A DNA stretch of 64,000 nt, from the IMG/VR virus record IMGVR_UViG_3300034073_003340, positions 371,857 through 435,856 of that record, one strand, 5' to 3'. How positions within the stretch are numbered: position 1 is the stretch's first letter; every line of letters begins with the position of its first letter. Shown in pieces: positions 52,453 to 62,302 of the stretch. The notes beneath the pieces are model-generated. The model ran no database searches. It saw only the letters and a program-made list of their open reading frames with translations, and had not been told where the DNA came from. The position numbers were made by a program, and so were the translations under genes.

Positions 52453-52736
52453 TATCTTCCACCCCAAGTTAGTTTGAACAAGAGCGCATCGCGCGGACTC
52501 TTGAATAAAAATAGACAATCCTCTGGCTTGAATGAGCTAGTGTTGGCGATGTTCGATCCAATGACAACTTTGAGAGCATTTGAGCCCAGTATGATTACCT
52601 CATATTCGTCAACAATATTAGCCCTTAGCCAGGCTAAAATGGCTTCGTCTTCTTCCCTATCAGGATGATTCCATATGACCGGATAGGGTTGAGCAATGGT
52701 AATTTTGGCTTCCATACTCAACCCTAGCGCGGTCAT
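52452..52736 (-). CDS. FKL-family small protein
   Basis: LAWLRAN...FLFKSPRDALLFKLTWGG. Confidence 0.72.
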   Translation of the reverse strand: MTALGLSMEAKITIAQPYPVIWNHPDREEDEAILAWLRANIVDEYEVIILGSNALKVVIGSNIANTSSFKPEDCLFLFKSPRDALLFKLTWGGR

Positions 52737-52751
52737 CTATGTTTCGTCAAT

Positions 52752-53105
52752 TTATAGCATTCGCTTGCCTCGAATATACTCCAAAGCAGTGTTTTTCCAA
52801 ACGGCCTTCCATCGTCTCACATCTTCCTCTTTGAAACGTCGGTTTGACAGCTTGAACTCTTGTTTCCAAAAATAATCTCTAACGTCCCGGTGCCATACAT
52901 CTAGATTGTTGGTAGTAAACTTTTGCTCAGCAAAAGTTGACAACACTTCTTTCATGACTATCTCGGTTGCCCTATCCACCAAGGTATTCTTGCTTGGTGG
53001 GAACAAATCTACACCCGGAAAAATCAGTAGTTTCCCCATCATACCAATTGTGTGATATCCAGGGCTTCTGGAATCTTGTTTGTGTCCTTGACGAAGAAAC
53101 AACAT
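52752..53105 (-). CDS. Hypothetical protein (start uncertain)
   Basis: ORF in the operon; a likely start is MGKLLIFP. Confidence 0.55.
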   Translation of the reverse strand: MLFLRQGHKQDSRSPGYHTIGMMGKLLIFPGVDLFPPSKNTLVDRATEIVMKEVLSTFAEQKFTTNNLDVWHRDVRDYFWKQEFKLSNRRFKEEDVRRWKAVWKNTALEYIRGKRML

Positions 53106-53539
53106 TGTGGTGATGGTTCGTCACTCAAAGGAGCAGCAAGAATATGCCCATATTTGAGTTTGGGAAAATACCATTTTACATCTGGGAAGACATTCATGAT
53201 TTCAATATCATGAAAGTGTGGCATATAGCCATTGATGGGATTGATAGAAAACGCATCGAATGGTCGGTCGTTCAGTTGCTTGAGAGAAATGATCTCAAGA
53301 TCACCTGAATTCTTGTCACCGATTACGATACTCCAATCCATTGGCATTTGAATACGATATTCTCCTAGTCGAAGATCAACGGCTGGGCTGTTGAAGCTTT
53401 CTAGAAAAAGTAATGGGATAAAAAGGTAGTCAACATTCTGCTGGTCACTGTAATCTAGAACGCAATAGCGAATGTCTTCTACTTCATCCGGAATATTATT
53501 CATCTCAAAGGTAGAATTGTTAGTCGTAAGAATTCGCAT
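53039..53539 (-). CDS. Conserved-looking large-phage hypothetical protein
   Basis: MRILT...FIPLLFLESFNSPA...WYFPKLK; coupled to uvsW. Confidence 0.75.
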   Translation of the reverse strand: MRILTTNNSTFEMNNIPDEVEDIRYCVLDYSDQQNVDYLFIPLLFLESFNSPAVDLRLGEYRIQMPMDWSIVIGDKNSGDLEIISLKQLNDRPFDAFSINPINGYMPHFHDIEIMNVFPDVKWYFPKLKYGHILAAPLSDEPSPQCCFFVKDTNKIPEALDITQLV

Positions 53540-55032
53540 CAGGATAGATCCTTGATATAGTCCACTTTGTGAACTTTGTATGGGTAGTTGGCGGCCTTGT
53601 AGGTCTTTTTCCGTTCAGTCACATGCTTGGCACTAAACTTACAGGTAGAAGCAATATCGTAGACTTGAACAAAATCTTTGTCCTTGGCCTTACGAATTCC
53701 TCGTCCAATTGATTGTATTACCCGGACAAAGCTTTTACCCGGTTCAACCAAAATGAGATTGAAGATGCGTGGAATATTGATACCCACGGCGGCAACCCCA
53801 TAGGAGGCAATAACGATTTGATTGGTTCCCTGACCAATCTCTTCATAAGCTTCCTGTCTATCCTTGGCTTTGCTATTTCCATAAACAAAGGTAGCCTCTG
53901 GCAGGCGTTCTGCCAGTTGCTTACCAGTTTCGATGCGATTAATCAGCACCAACGTATTACCAGTCAGTGCTGTATTCTTAGTGAACTCACTAATCCAATC
54001 AAGATGATTGGGATCAGTTACTAGGAAATTATTCTCTTCATGAAAAGATTCAAACTCCATGCTGTCCATTAACTGCAGAATGTCAATCTGCAGGTTTGAT
54101 AAAACACCCATGTCCATGAGATCGCTAGCAGCTAGACGATTGACCACTGGGCCAAGACTGGCTAGGATGCTAGTATATTCATGTTCCTCCTTGGGGACTG
54201 TACCTGTTAGTCCCCAGCGGATTGGAACATTGGCAAACGGACCACATAACAGGGATTTCAACTTATCTGCTTTGGCCATATGAGTCTCATCGACCATGAT
54301 AGCCACAACATCCTTAGTGAAAGTATCAATGTCCTGTTGTGTTGGTTTCAGCTTGTTTTTCTTGGAATTCTTATCCAAGATATCAAGACTTTGCCAAGTA
54401 CAAATGGTGTGTGTTTTTCCATAGTCTTTTCGGTCTCCATAATAGACACCTACATCTAGACCAAGATTCTTGTAGTCAGCTTCAGTCTGATCGACCAAGC
54501 TCTTATTGGGAACGATAACAATGGTTCTTCCGTGCGCTTCGCACAAATGACTCAAAGTCGCAGTGAGTAGAGTTTTTCCTGCACCAGTAGCAATCTCTTG
54601 AATACTTTGTGGATTTTCAAGAAATGCCCTGATGATTTCTACCTGATATCCTCTCAAACCAATTGCTTCACCAGCTGCCGGATGACCAGCAGGCCAAACT
54701 GGATTAGGAGCGTTGAGTGCGATATAATCTTCGTCAACATATGGAAATTCAAAAACCCTAGGGGTCCTGTTATCCACTAGCTCAATTTCGTAACCATTGC
54801 CAACGACAATGTCCAAAACCTTTTCTAGAAGGTTGACGTGAGTGTTCCCGTTAAGAGCAAAGAAGCTGACGCACCCGTCCCATCTGCCAAGCTTGAAAGC
54901 TGGCATATGACGCGCGGCGTGGATAAAAAACTTGAGTGCGGCATTACAGTCGCGACGAGTTTTTGGATCCAAATCTTCAAATGTTGCGTTGACCTCATCT
55001 TTGATGATGAGTCTGCATTTCTTGATTGTCAT
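53539..55032 (-). CDS. uvsW: UvsW-like superfamily 2 DNA helicase
   Basis: LRGYQ, ATGAGKT, VDETH, GLTGT, VAAVGINIP and QSIGRGIR. Confidence 0.9.
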   Translation of the reverse strand: MTIKKCRLIIKDEVNATFEDLDPKTRRDCNAALKFFIHAARHMPAFKLGRWDGCVSFFALNGNTHVNLLEKVLDIVVGNGYEIELVDNRTPRVFEFPYVDEDYIALNAPNPVWPAGHPAAGEAIGLRGYQVEIIRAFLENPQSIQEIATGAGKTLLTATLSHLCEAHGRTIVIVPNKSLVDQTEADYKNLGLDVGVYYGDRKDYGKTHTICTWQSLDILDKNSKKNKLKPTQQDIDTFTKDVVAIMVDETHMAKADKLKSLLCGPFANVPIRWGLTGTVPKEEHEYTSILASLGPVVNRLAASDLMDMGVLSNLQIDILQLMDSMEFESFHEENNFLVTDPNHLDWISEFTKNTALTGNTLVLINRIETGKQLAERLPEATFVYGNSKAKDRQEAYEEIGQGTNQIVIASYGVAAVGINIPRIFNLILVEPGKSFVRVIQSIGRGIRKAKDKDFVQVYDIASTCKFSAKHVTERKKTYKAANYPYKVHKVDYIKDLS

Positions 55033-55125
55033 TGCGACCCTCTTTGTTCTTTTTTGTTTTGTGGGTCATAGGAAAGCCCTACTAGTCCCCTGAGTATACG
55101 GAGTCCGGTAGGGCTATGTCTATAA

Positions 55126-55154
55126 ACTGGAGGTAGTTCCCACTCCAGTATTTA
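55126..55154 (-). promoter_or_regulatory. Late promoter box fused to an inverted repeat upstream of uvsW
   Basis: Minus strand TAAAT-ACTGGAG...CTCCAGT. Confidence 0.55.
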
Positions 55155-55171
55155 TCGAGAAATCCAGCGTT

Positions 55172-56713
55172 TTAGCGAAGATTCTTGTAAATTTCTTCTT
55201 CGAAAGTGCTCAGAATGATTCCATTTACAATACGAGTGCCCGTTACTGAAGTAGCCTCTTTGATACTATCCCAATATTCTTGACTCATAGGAGGGTCTAC
55301 CATGAAGAGAAAGTTACTGGCTTTCAACAGATCTGGTTCATTTATCAAATCTTCTACGGTAACAACTAGATTGCTAATAGGGGTCCTGATCTTGTCCCAC
55401 CAATCAACTGGCAAACTCCTGAAGATAATTGGATCAAGGTATCGTGTCAGAATGCGCTCCCTATCATCTGATGATAGTATCTCTAGCTGATTGCCCATGG
55501 ACAACATCAAAGACCGCCGAACATCCTGGCTTTCTGTCAGGAACAAACATTTTGTCAAACGATTGGCCAACTGAGTATGAACGCTCTTAAGATGTTGGAC
55601 TTTAAGACTAGCCCACTGTGGGGTCTTTAAGCCCCCTATAAGGGTCATAGAGGGTCTATCTCCATTCAGCGCACGCTGTACAATATTTGATACTGTCAGC
55701 CCTGTCTCCTCTTCTATGAGTCGCTCTCGCTTGAATATGCGATATAGACCACTAGCACTGTTATCTTTTTTCTTTACTGAAACCAATGATTTGATGGTTG
55801 CGTCGTAGAACGTTATTGGAGTCCTAGCGCCACTTGTGCTTTCCAGGAGATGACTTGATATGCCAAACAAACTCAAGATCTTCAGTCTATCAACCCCGGC
55901 ATATCCTATAGATGCCAGATAATCCTCACACTCCTTTATATCATAGTTGTTTGCTATGGCATCAAGATGTTTTACACCTGGCCACATATAGGTTGTAATA
56001 GTCTCTCCAATGAATTGGAGAGCTTTGCTCTTATTTGTCTGAATGCTAGCAAGGATATCTTTGCCTGGATCAGTCGGCAGATCGTTGATGTCTTGAATGA
56101 AGATAGGCTTTGGCACCTCATAGAATAAGCCATTGACCCCGCTACCCCATTTATAATTTACGGCACCAGGATAACTGAGCTCCTCAACGATAGTCTGTTC
56201 AATATCTACAGTATTGAACAAATCATGCCAGATCAATCCACCATAACTGGTTACAAAGAAGTCTGCTTCAAGATCAGGTCTTTCTGAGAACTCCACTCCT
56301 TGTGGAAAATTCGCAGACTTTTCCATATACCTAGGATTGCCAAACACGCTGATTTTGGAATCAGGAAAGGCATCACGAATCATTTGAGCCCACACGTGAT
56401 AAAATTTGGGCTGAGCCATGATTACAGTTCGACCCCCGGAAAGCCAGGCATTGGCAAGGGAAATATGTCGCCCTTGCTCAGGTCGGTCACATAAGATCAT
56501 CCCACGGCCTTGCCAATCTCGAATGAACTGTAAACTTTCTAGTTGGCGACTGTTCAACTGAAACGCAAAGTCTTGAAGATCCTTTGGACTCAATAGATCT
56601 CTAAACGCCAAGTCTGCCAACTTCTGGTCAAAATCAAGTCCGTGAATTTGACTAAAGGCCAATAGACGACGAGCTAGCCCGGGAGTAGCCGTAAACTTTT
56701 TTACATCATACAT
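55172..56713 (-). CDS. SNF2-like helicase-fold protein with degenerate catalytic motifs
   Basis: LNSRQ (Q motif), ILCDRPEQGRH (Walker A position), VIMAQP..W, VTSY, IVEEL (Walker B position), KCLFLT and TFEEEIY. Confidence 0.6.
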   Translation of the reverse strand: MYDVKKFTATPGLARRLLAFSQIHGLDFDQKLADLAFRDLLSPKDLQDFAFQLNSRQLESLQFIRDWQGRGMILCDRPEQGRHISLANAWLSGGRTVIMAQPKFYHVWAQMIRDAFPDSKISVFGNPRYMEKSANFPQGVEFSERPDLEADFFVTSYGGLIWHDLFNTVDIEQTIVEELSYPGAVNYKWGSGVNGLFYEVPKPIFIQDINDLPTDPGKDILASIQTNKSKALQFIGETITTYMWPGVKHLDAIANNYDIKECEDYLASIGYAGVDRLKILSLFGISSHLLESTSGARTPITFYDATIKSLVSVKKKDNSASGLYRIFKRERLIEEETGLTVSNIVQRALNGDRPSMTLIGGLKTPQWASLKVQHLKSVHTQLANRLTKCLFLTESQDVRRSLMLSMGNQLEILSSDDRERILTRYLDPIIFRSLPVDWWDKIRTPISNLVVTVEDLINEPDLLKASNFLFMVDPPMSQEYWDSIKEATSVTGTRIVNGIILSTFEEEIYKNLR

Positions 56714-56714
56714 A

Positions 56715-57389
56715 TCAGGATTCCAGATTATGAATAGAGTTCAACCAAGCATTCAGAAGACTATCATTCTTGACGACAACCGTAATGGTGTCATCGTCAA
56801 CTATGACCTCACTTCTTTGGCCGCTGCTGTTTTCAATATTCATAAAGAATTCGGCAACATTGTCATCAAATGAAAAGCGATGACGTTTGATAACATCCAT
56901 TACCTTTTGGTAATTGCCACTGTTGACATCAACTAGCCAAAGTTTCTCTTTGGTGAAAGTTGGAAAATAGTTTGGTAAGAAAATGTTATTGCCGTTGAGC
57001 TTTTTGATATCTTCAATGATACCAGCATTATACTTACATCTGAAAACCAGCTTGTTGTCACCGGCCCAGCGAACCTCCCTTGGGAGTAGAGTGGATTGAT
57101 ATGGGGGTATGGCAAATCTTGGAAACTCTAGTAGCTGATCCAACTCTGAAGTTGTGAGCCCGCAGCAAACTAGATGATCTTTGTAACGGTCGATCAATTT
57201 CAGAACGACTGCGCTTTGTGCGGTGCTGATAGCTTTTTGGTTGCGTGAATGCTCAGCTACGTCGCTCAAAAAGCGCCTGTCCCAAACGTTAGATATCTCA
57301 AAGATCTGGCCAGTAGCATCGGTTACCGGTCGACGACAGATATCTTCTAGTTTCTTAAGACAGGTCTCCACTGTTATCATTTCGCACAA
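56715..57389 (-). CDS. Hypothetical protein with HARP-like segment
   Basis: KLVFRCKYNAGIIEDIKKL...KLWLV; abuts the SNF2-like gene. Confidence 0.6.
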   Translation of the reverse strand: MCEMITVETCLKKLEDICRRPVTDATGQIFEISNVWDRRFLSDVAEHSRNQKAISTAQSAVVLKLIDRYKDHLVCCGLTTSELDQLLEFPRFAIPPYQSTLLPREVRWAGDNKLVFRCKYNAGIIEDIKKLNGNNIFLPNYFPTFTKEKLWLVDVNSGNYQKVMDVIKRHRFSFDDNVAEFFMNIENSSGQRSEVIVDDDTITVVVKNDSLLNAWLNSIHNLES

Positions 57390-57888
57390 CCTTCAAATCT
57401 TCAATAGTCATGCGAACTAACATAGCATCGTCCCGAGAAGCAAAATTGAATATTAGAAATTTGCGTTGATCAACAGGGACATCAATGAGAGAGTCAGCAT
57501 TGGGAACTCCCTCGCTGCCAATAACCTGACTGGTTTTTATTTGGTCTTTGATAGTCCGTTCATCGGAATGCCAAACCCAATCATCCTTACAGATGTTTCC
57601 CACATCGTTCAATGTAGAGCGGATACGATCCGCCATATCAGCTTCCCAATGTCTATTGAAACCCATCACTGATCCCATATCCAACTCCAGTCGGGTCCAA
57701 TCCTGATTGGGCTGTTTGAGTTGGACCCAGCGGTCAGCGTATGGCATCGTAAGACGTTCAGCGCGTTCATCCTCGAAGAGGATTTCGCGAGACAGGGCGG
57801 TCATTACAACACGCCCCATGATGTTTGATTTGTGGCTTGTCATGAGGACCTCTGCCTCAACAGGGTCACTTCTGCTATCCGTTCCCAA
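57355..57888 (-). CDS. Divergent FKL-family protein (start uncertain)
   Basis: Ends IFNFASRDDAMLVRMTI. Confidence 0.6.
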   Translation of the reverse strand: MGTDSRSDPVEAEVLMTSHKSNIMGRVVMTALSREILFEDERAERLTMPYADRWVQLKQPNQDWTRLELDMGSVMGFNRHWEADMADRIRSTLNDVGNICKDDWVWHSDERTIKDQIKTSQVIGSEGVPNADSLIDVPVDQRKFLIFNFASRDDAMLVRMTIEDLKVVRNDNSGDLS

Positions 57889-59000
57889 TTGCTATTACCC
57901 TGCCTCAAACTCGCAAGCTGACCCACCTTACGCAGAGACAGTTCGCGAAACCGTCTAGCGTTCTTATGCGTCCAATCAAGGACTTCGTCAACCTCTTTGG
58001 GGTCCAGTTTGAATTGAGTCTCCAGCATTCTGAGATCACGGGCGACATGATCTATGCGAATCAGCTTTTCCCGAATGGTGTCGATGGTCAGATCCAGATA
58101 TAAGCAACGGCTCATGATAGCCTCTAGGTGAGGGGCGAGCTTAGCTGTTCCCTTTTCCACAATCTTTTCAAAGTTAATGTTGGTAATGAAGATAACACTT
58201 CCCTTGAACTCAAATTGACTGGGAGCATCTGTTCCATTGCGAGAATTTGATCTCCAGCTGATAAGTCGACGCCCGCTGGTATCAAGAGCAGCTTTGAGAA
58301 GATTCAGTGAAGTCTCGTCGCCAAGGACTGCGTCACAGTCATCAAATACAAGGGTTTCCTTGCTCTCGCTATATTCATACAGCGTTGAATATAACGCAGG
58401 AGCACTGCTGTAGCCTTTGATGATGTTATAACGAGCTTTGAAACTCCCATCCCGGCCTACTCGCCTGTGATTTTGATCACCGGCGTCTGCGTTGAAGCTT
58501 AGCTTGTCCATGAGCGAGTCACGATTAAGAGCAGCTTCGACTTCATGGGATTTACCTACCCCTGAGGCGCCACTAACCACCAATCCCTTGATATGACCTC
58601 TGGCAATATCAGCCGTTAGGTTTCCAAGGATAGTAAAACGCTCAATTATGCGTTCACGAATCTCATCGTCGGTTTCTGATTGGGGACGACTTGATCCTGG
58701 GACCAGCTGATCGAGAATATCCCCAGTTCCCAAGAACTTCTGGATTCTTGGATCAGGGGAACCAGTAAACTGACGACGAGCTCTTGGCGCAAATATGTCA
58801 GCATTCTTGTCTTCCAGAACCATGTCAGAAGGATCAGAAATGCCAATGCGAAAATTTCGCTGCGGATATCCCGCGACCCCTGAACCGTCAACCGTAATAA
58901 AGGGCCCCTTCTGCCCAATTGACAAGCCTCGATTCAGCTCAAAGGTCTTATTCAAAATTACCTGATTGTTCCAGTCGCCACGCTTGACCAATACCTTCAC
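57840..59000 (-). CDS. AAA+ ATPase
   Basis: SGASGVGKS Walker A, LVFDDCD Walker B, LLKAALD and VIFITN; GGAG RBS with GTG start. Confidence 0.85.
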   Translation of the reverse strand: MKVLVKRGDWNNQVILNKTFELNRGLSIGQKGPFITVDGSGVAGYPQRNFRIGISDPSDMVLEDKNADIFAPRARRQFTGSPDPRIQKFLGTGDILDQLVPGSSRPQSETDDEIRERIIERFTILGNLTADIARGHIKGLVVSGASGVGKSHEVEAALNRDSLMDKLSFNADAGDQNHRRVGRDGSFKARYNIIKGYSSAPALYSTLYEYSESKETLVFDDCDAVLGDETSLNLLKAALDTSGRRLISWRSNSRNGTDAPSQFEFKGSVIFITNINFEKIVEKGTAKLAPHLEAIMSRCLYLDLTIDTIREKLIRIDHVARDLRMLETQFKLDPKEVDEVLDWTHKNARRFRELSLRKVGQLASLRQGNSNWERIAEVTLLRQRSS

Positions 59001-59038
59001 TTATTTCTCCGATCGCTAACGGCATCGTTATTCGCCAC

Positions 59039-59066
59039 AGCATACGGCGACATATGGCGACGTCAA
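59039..59066 (-). promoter_or_regulatory. sigma70-type promoter for the AAA operon
   Basis: TTGACG-N16-TATGCT. Confidence 0.6.
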
Positions 59067-59081
59067 CTCCTATCTAGAACT

Positions 59082-59125
59082 GAAATAGAAAAAGGCCAAT
59101 GTTTCCACTGACCTTTTTCTATTTC
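59082..59125 (-). terminator. Intrinsic terminator with GAAA tetraloop
   Basis: Minus strand GAAATAGAAAAAGGTCAGTG-GAAA-CATTGGCCTTTTTCTATTTC. Confidence 0.82.
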
Positions 59126-59155
59126 AATGAAGATTACCCGATGTTGTTATCTGGG

Positions 59156-59641
59156 TCAACCAGCGTTTCCATTATCAACTGAGTAGTCTTCAAAACCGGC
59201 CGCCTTGAGTCGGGTTAGATTACTGATCTGCCAATTCTTGGCATCCAATCCCTTCATAATGGCCAGATACTGATTTCGAACCAGAGCAATCTGATTGATC
59301 AGAAGAGCAATCTCAATCACCTTGTCATCAGCGTCAGCATACTTTTCAGCGTCACGTGAGCTCAGGCTTCTCTGATATCCCTCAAGATACTTTTTAAAAG
59401 CAGCCCCTTTTACCTGATCAAAACGGATATTCAGATATTTGAGAATAGCTTCAACCTCTTGAAGCTGACCAAAGCGTAGGGTCGTGATACCTGGTAGGCG
59501 ACTTGATGCCTTTTCCAAGCTGCCCTTGAGGTGAGTCTCAGAACGGGCAACTTCTAGTTCACCTTCAAAATATACAATGGCGTCAATCAGAGGACTGAAA
59601 TCAGATGGGTCTGCGGTGACCCTTGAATACCATTTGCTCAT
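59156..59641 (-). CDS. uvsY: UvsY-like recombination mediator
   Basis: LKGSLEKASSRLPG..RFGQLQEVEAILKYL...YADAD...KGLDAKNWQISNLTRLKAAG; downstream of uvsX. Confidence 0.72.
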   Translation of the reverse strand: MSKWYSRVTADPSDFSPLIDAIVYFEGELEVARSETHLKGSLEKASSRLPGITTLRFGQLQEVEAILKYLNIRFDQVKGAAFKKYLEGYQRSLSSRDAEKYADADDKVIEIALLINQIALVRNQYLAIMKGLDAKNWQISNLTRLKAAGFEDYSVDNGNAG

Positions 59642-59656
59642 ATGCTTTCCCTTTAA

Positions 59657-59692
59657 AGTGGTTACACCGATTGGATTACCAGTGTAACCACT
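59657..59692. terminator. Stem-loop between genes
   Basis: 11-bp arms AGTGGTTACAC / GTGTAACCACT. Confidence 0.6.
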
Positions 59693-59695
59693 CCT

Positions 59696-59926
59696 TTATT
59701 CGTCTTCGCTATCGTAGTCGTCTTCATGTGGCTCATCGTCAATGACAGCAATAATTGCTTCATCTAGATACTCACATTCGCCTTCAATCTCGGCTTGTTC
59801 TACTTCGATACCGTATTCTTGAAACAATCTCAGGAGATGCGTTGCCGCATCCTGACGCTTACTGGAAGCAATCATATCCCTGAAATAGTCCCAAAGTTCA
59901 ACTACCAACTTACTTTCGCTGCTCAT
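59696..59926 (-). CDS. Small acidic hypothetical protein
   Basis: 76 aa, directly after uvsX. Confidence 0.7.
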   Translation of the reverse strand: MSSESKLVVELWDYFRDMIASSKRQDAATHLLRLFQEYGIEVEQAEIEGECEYLDEAIIAVIDDEPHEDDYDSEDE

Positions 59927-59927
59927 T

Positions 59928-61034
59928 TTACTCTTCGTTTTCTGCGGCTTCGGCAGCAGCCATTTCAGCCAACTCAGCTGCCTTTTCAGCCGCCTTTGCT
60001 TCTTCTCTGCGGTCCATGTGAACCTGGAACTCAGACATTACAAGATCAAGTAGGTCATGATCAATTTGTTTGCGGAACTTTTTGATTTCCTCGCCAGCCA
60101 AAGTGGTATACTTGAGTTTGTTACCATCCTTGACAAATAGTCCCTTGGCTTCAAACATATCCAGCAGACCAGAGTAAGGGTCCAGGCCGCTGTCCCAAGG
60201 AATTCTGAGTTCAACCGTCTCGAACGGCTTGTTATATCTAGTCTTCATGATTTTGATCTGAGACCGGATACCGTTGACCGTTGTGGTCTTATTACCGTCT
60301 TCGTCTTCCTTGAGCTTGAGCTTGCGCATCGCAAGCACAATCGAAGAAGCGTAGATAAAGCCCTGACCGCCAGTGATCTTGTCATCGGGGTCAAACATAT
60401 CCTGGCTGGCGTAGCTGTGGTTGGTACATACGAGACCTACGTCCCACTCACCAAACATATTCACACAGTTGCGAACCAAAGCATTTAGTGCCTTGGGCTT
60501 GCGACCCATGTCACCCTTCATTTCACCAGCTTCAAACTGGTTTACATCAGTTGGAGTCAGCAACATTCCAAGAGAGTCAACAACGAAGAGAACCTTGGGG
60601 CGGTCTTCGCGAGGGGTGCTGGCATAGGCACCCTTGAAGTTCTTCATGAAATCGCTGATGATTTTCGCAACATCGTCAATCATCGCAGCGTTGATCTTCA
60701 ACAGCTTGTCTTCACTGACGTCTACATCTAGCGCAGTTAGCCAATCAGAATCAAGAGCGTTCTCGCTGTCGATTAGAACAACAAAATATCCCTGATCCTG
60801 TGCGTTCTTAACGAGGTTGCCAGAAGCAAGATACGACTTCCCTGAACCCGACTGGCCGGCAAACATCGTTACCTTACCAAGAGGGATGCCTTTAGTGAAG
60901 TCGCCACTGACGGCATAATTGAGGGCAAAGTTGCCCGTGCTGACCCAATACTTTGGGTCATTAAAGCCGACGGAAATGCCGTCGAGGCCCTTGGTGATAT
61001 CTTTTCTAAACTTGGATAAATCAACAGGCTTCAT
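59928..61034 (-). CDS. uvsX: RecA/UvsX recombinase
   Basis: STGNFALN, GQSGSGKS Walker A, IDSENALD, FVVDSLG, GDMGRK, TNH and GGQGFIYASS. Confidence 0.93.
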   Translation of the reverse strand: MKPVDLSKFRKDITKGLDGISVGFNDPKYWVSTGNFALNYAVSGDFTKGIPLGKVTMFAGQSGSGKSYLASGNLVKNAQDQGYFVVLIDSENALDSDWLTALDVDVSEDKLLKINAAMIDDVAKIISDFMKNFKGAYASTPREDRPKVLFVVDSLGMLLTPTDVNQFEAGEMKGDMGRKPKALNALVRNCVNMFGEWDVGLVCTNHSYASQDMFDPDDKITGGQGFIYASSIVLAMRKLKLKEDEDGNKTTTVNGIRSQIKIMKTRYNKPFETVELRIPWDSGLDPYSGLLDMFEAKGLFVKDGNKLKYTTLAGEEIKKFRKQIDHDLLDLVMSEFQVHMDRREEAKAAEKAAELAEMAAAEAAENEE

Positions 61035-61162
61035 GGTTATGTTCTCTTTCTATTTGAGCCAAAGTGTCAAAGCCTTCTATTTCAAAGGCATCCTCCGAAC
61101 CACGCGGCATGACACGCCCGCATTAATGTGGTCACCAGGACGATCTAAACTGAAAGAAAAGA

Positions 61163-61192
61163 GGTGGGGAGACCAGGAGTAGCCTCCCCACC
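61163..61192 (-). terminator. Intrinsic terminator after the SSB gene
   Basis: Arms GGTGGGGAG / CTCCCCACC followed on the minus strand by TCTTTTCTTT. Confidence 0.75.
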
Positions 61193-61198
61193 AGTAGA

Positions 61199-62203
61199 TT
61201 AGCCGTTGAGGCCAGCCTGCTTTTCCTTGATGCGACGGAGGATTTCCGAAGCGTCAGGAGTTCCAGCAGGGCGAGCAACCGGGGCAGCGGTTTCTTCAAC
61301 CGGTGCTGCCGGAGCAGGGGCTGCCGCAGCGCGCTGAAGAGCTGCGAAAGGATCGGCAGCAGGCGCCGCTGACGTCTGAGGCTCTGCCGCCGGAGTAGCA
61401 GTCTGGTTCGACCAGTTACCGCCACCAGCTGGCTTGTAGAACTGACTCCAACGAGCAGGATCGTAGGCTTCATCGTTGACCGATGCCTGGAACATCTCCT
61501 TGATAGCTTCAAGCTGCTCAGCGGTTGGCTTAGCAGGCAGGAACTCAGAAAGGTTCTTCAGACCATGGGTTTCAATAGCCTGCGCTTCGTCTTCACTCAG
61601 AGGACGAGGCTTCATGCTCCACTTGCTGGTGCTGTAGTTGGCAAAACCACCCTTAGTGGTTTTGATCAGGCGGAAATCGCGACCAGCAACATAATCGGTT
61701 GGAAGGTCTTCCATTTCAGGATCCATCAGCGATCCCTTGATGATATCAAAGATGCTAGGGTTGATCATGAAACGACGGATTGGGTTCTCAGGAGTTTCCT
61801 TTTCCTCAAATCCGCTCTGAACAACAAAGCCCTGGAATAGATAGGACTTCTTCTTCCAATACTTGCGGGCAAGTGCCTGAAGAGAATCATCCTTCCACCA
61901 AGGGCGGGTTTCAGCTAGGATAGGGCAGGTTTCGCCATACATTTCCATGCAGGGAACCTGAACTAGGACTTCGCGGTCGTGTTCACCCTTAATACCCTGG
62001 AACGGAAGCTTGATAACAAGACGTTCTTTCCAGAAAAAGGTGTTGTTGGGATCACCGTCAGGGAGGAAGCGGATCATTGAAGATCCACCCTCTGGGACAT
62101 TCCAAAACGGATACATGGAGTTGTCACCGCCGGTGCGGTTGCCGCTTTCAGACTTTGTCTGCTGGGCTAGAAGCTTTGCTCTGATTTCATCTAGAGTTGC
62201 CAT
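61199..62203 (-). CDS. Single-stranded DNA-binding protein (T4 gp32-like)
   Basis: MATLDEIRAKL, IRFLPDGD, VPCMEMYGETCPI, KKKSYLFQGFV, GRDFRLIK..GGFANYSTSKW and C-terminal EILRRIK. Confidence 0.92.
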   Translation of the reverse strand: MATLDEIRAKLLAQQTKSESGNRTGGDNSMYPFWNVPEGGSSMIRFLPDGDPNNTFFWKERLVIKLPFQGIKGEHDREVLVQVPCMEMYGETCPILAETRPWWKDDSLQALARKYWKKKSYLFQGFVVQSGFEEKETPENPIRRFMINPSIFDIIKGSLMDPEMEDLPTDYVAGRDFRLIKTTKGGFANYSTSKWSMKPRPLSEDEAQAIETHGLKNLSEFLPAKPTAEQLEAIKEMFQASVNDEAYDPARWSQFYKPAGGGNWSNQTATPAAEPQTSAAPAADPFAALQRAAAAPAPAAPVEETAAPVARPAGTPDASEILRRIKEKQAGLNG

Positions 62204-62261
62204 GGTAGGTACCTTCTTTCTTATATTTTTGGGCTATATATGGAGCCATGTTTTGAGCTAT

Positions 62262-62302
62262 TATACAGAAGAGCATTCGCGCTTTCTGTATACTCTTATT
62301 TA
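62262..62302 (-). promoter_or_regulatory. Late promoter box followed by a leader hairpin upstream of SSB
   Basis: TAAATA at 62302-62297, then TATACAGAA...TTCTGTATA arms (62262-62292). Confidence 0.55.

Noticed and set aside
61024-61113. 29-aa ORF (MPRGSEDAF...) overlapping the uvsX start
   Set aside because: No convincing RBS and no recognisable features; treated as leader sequence.
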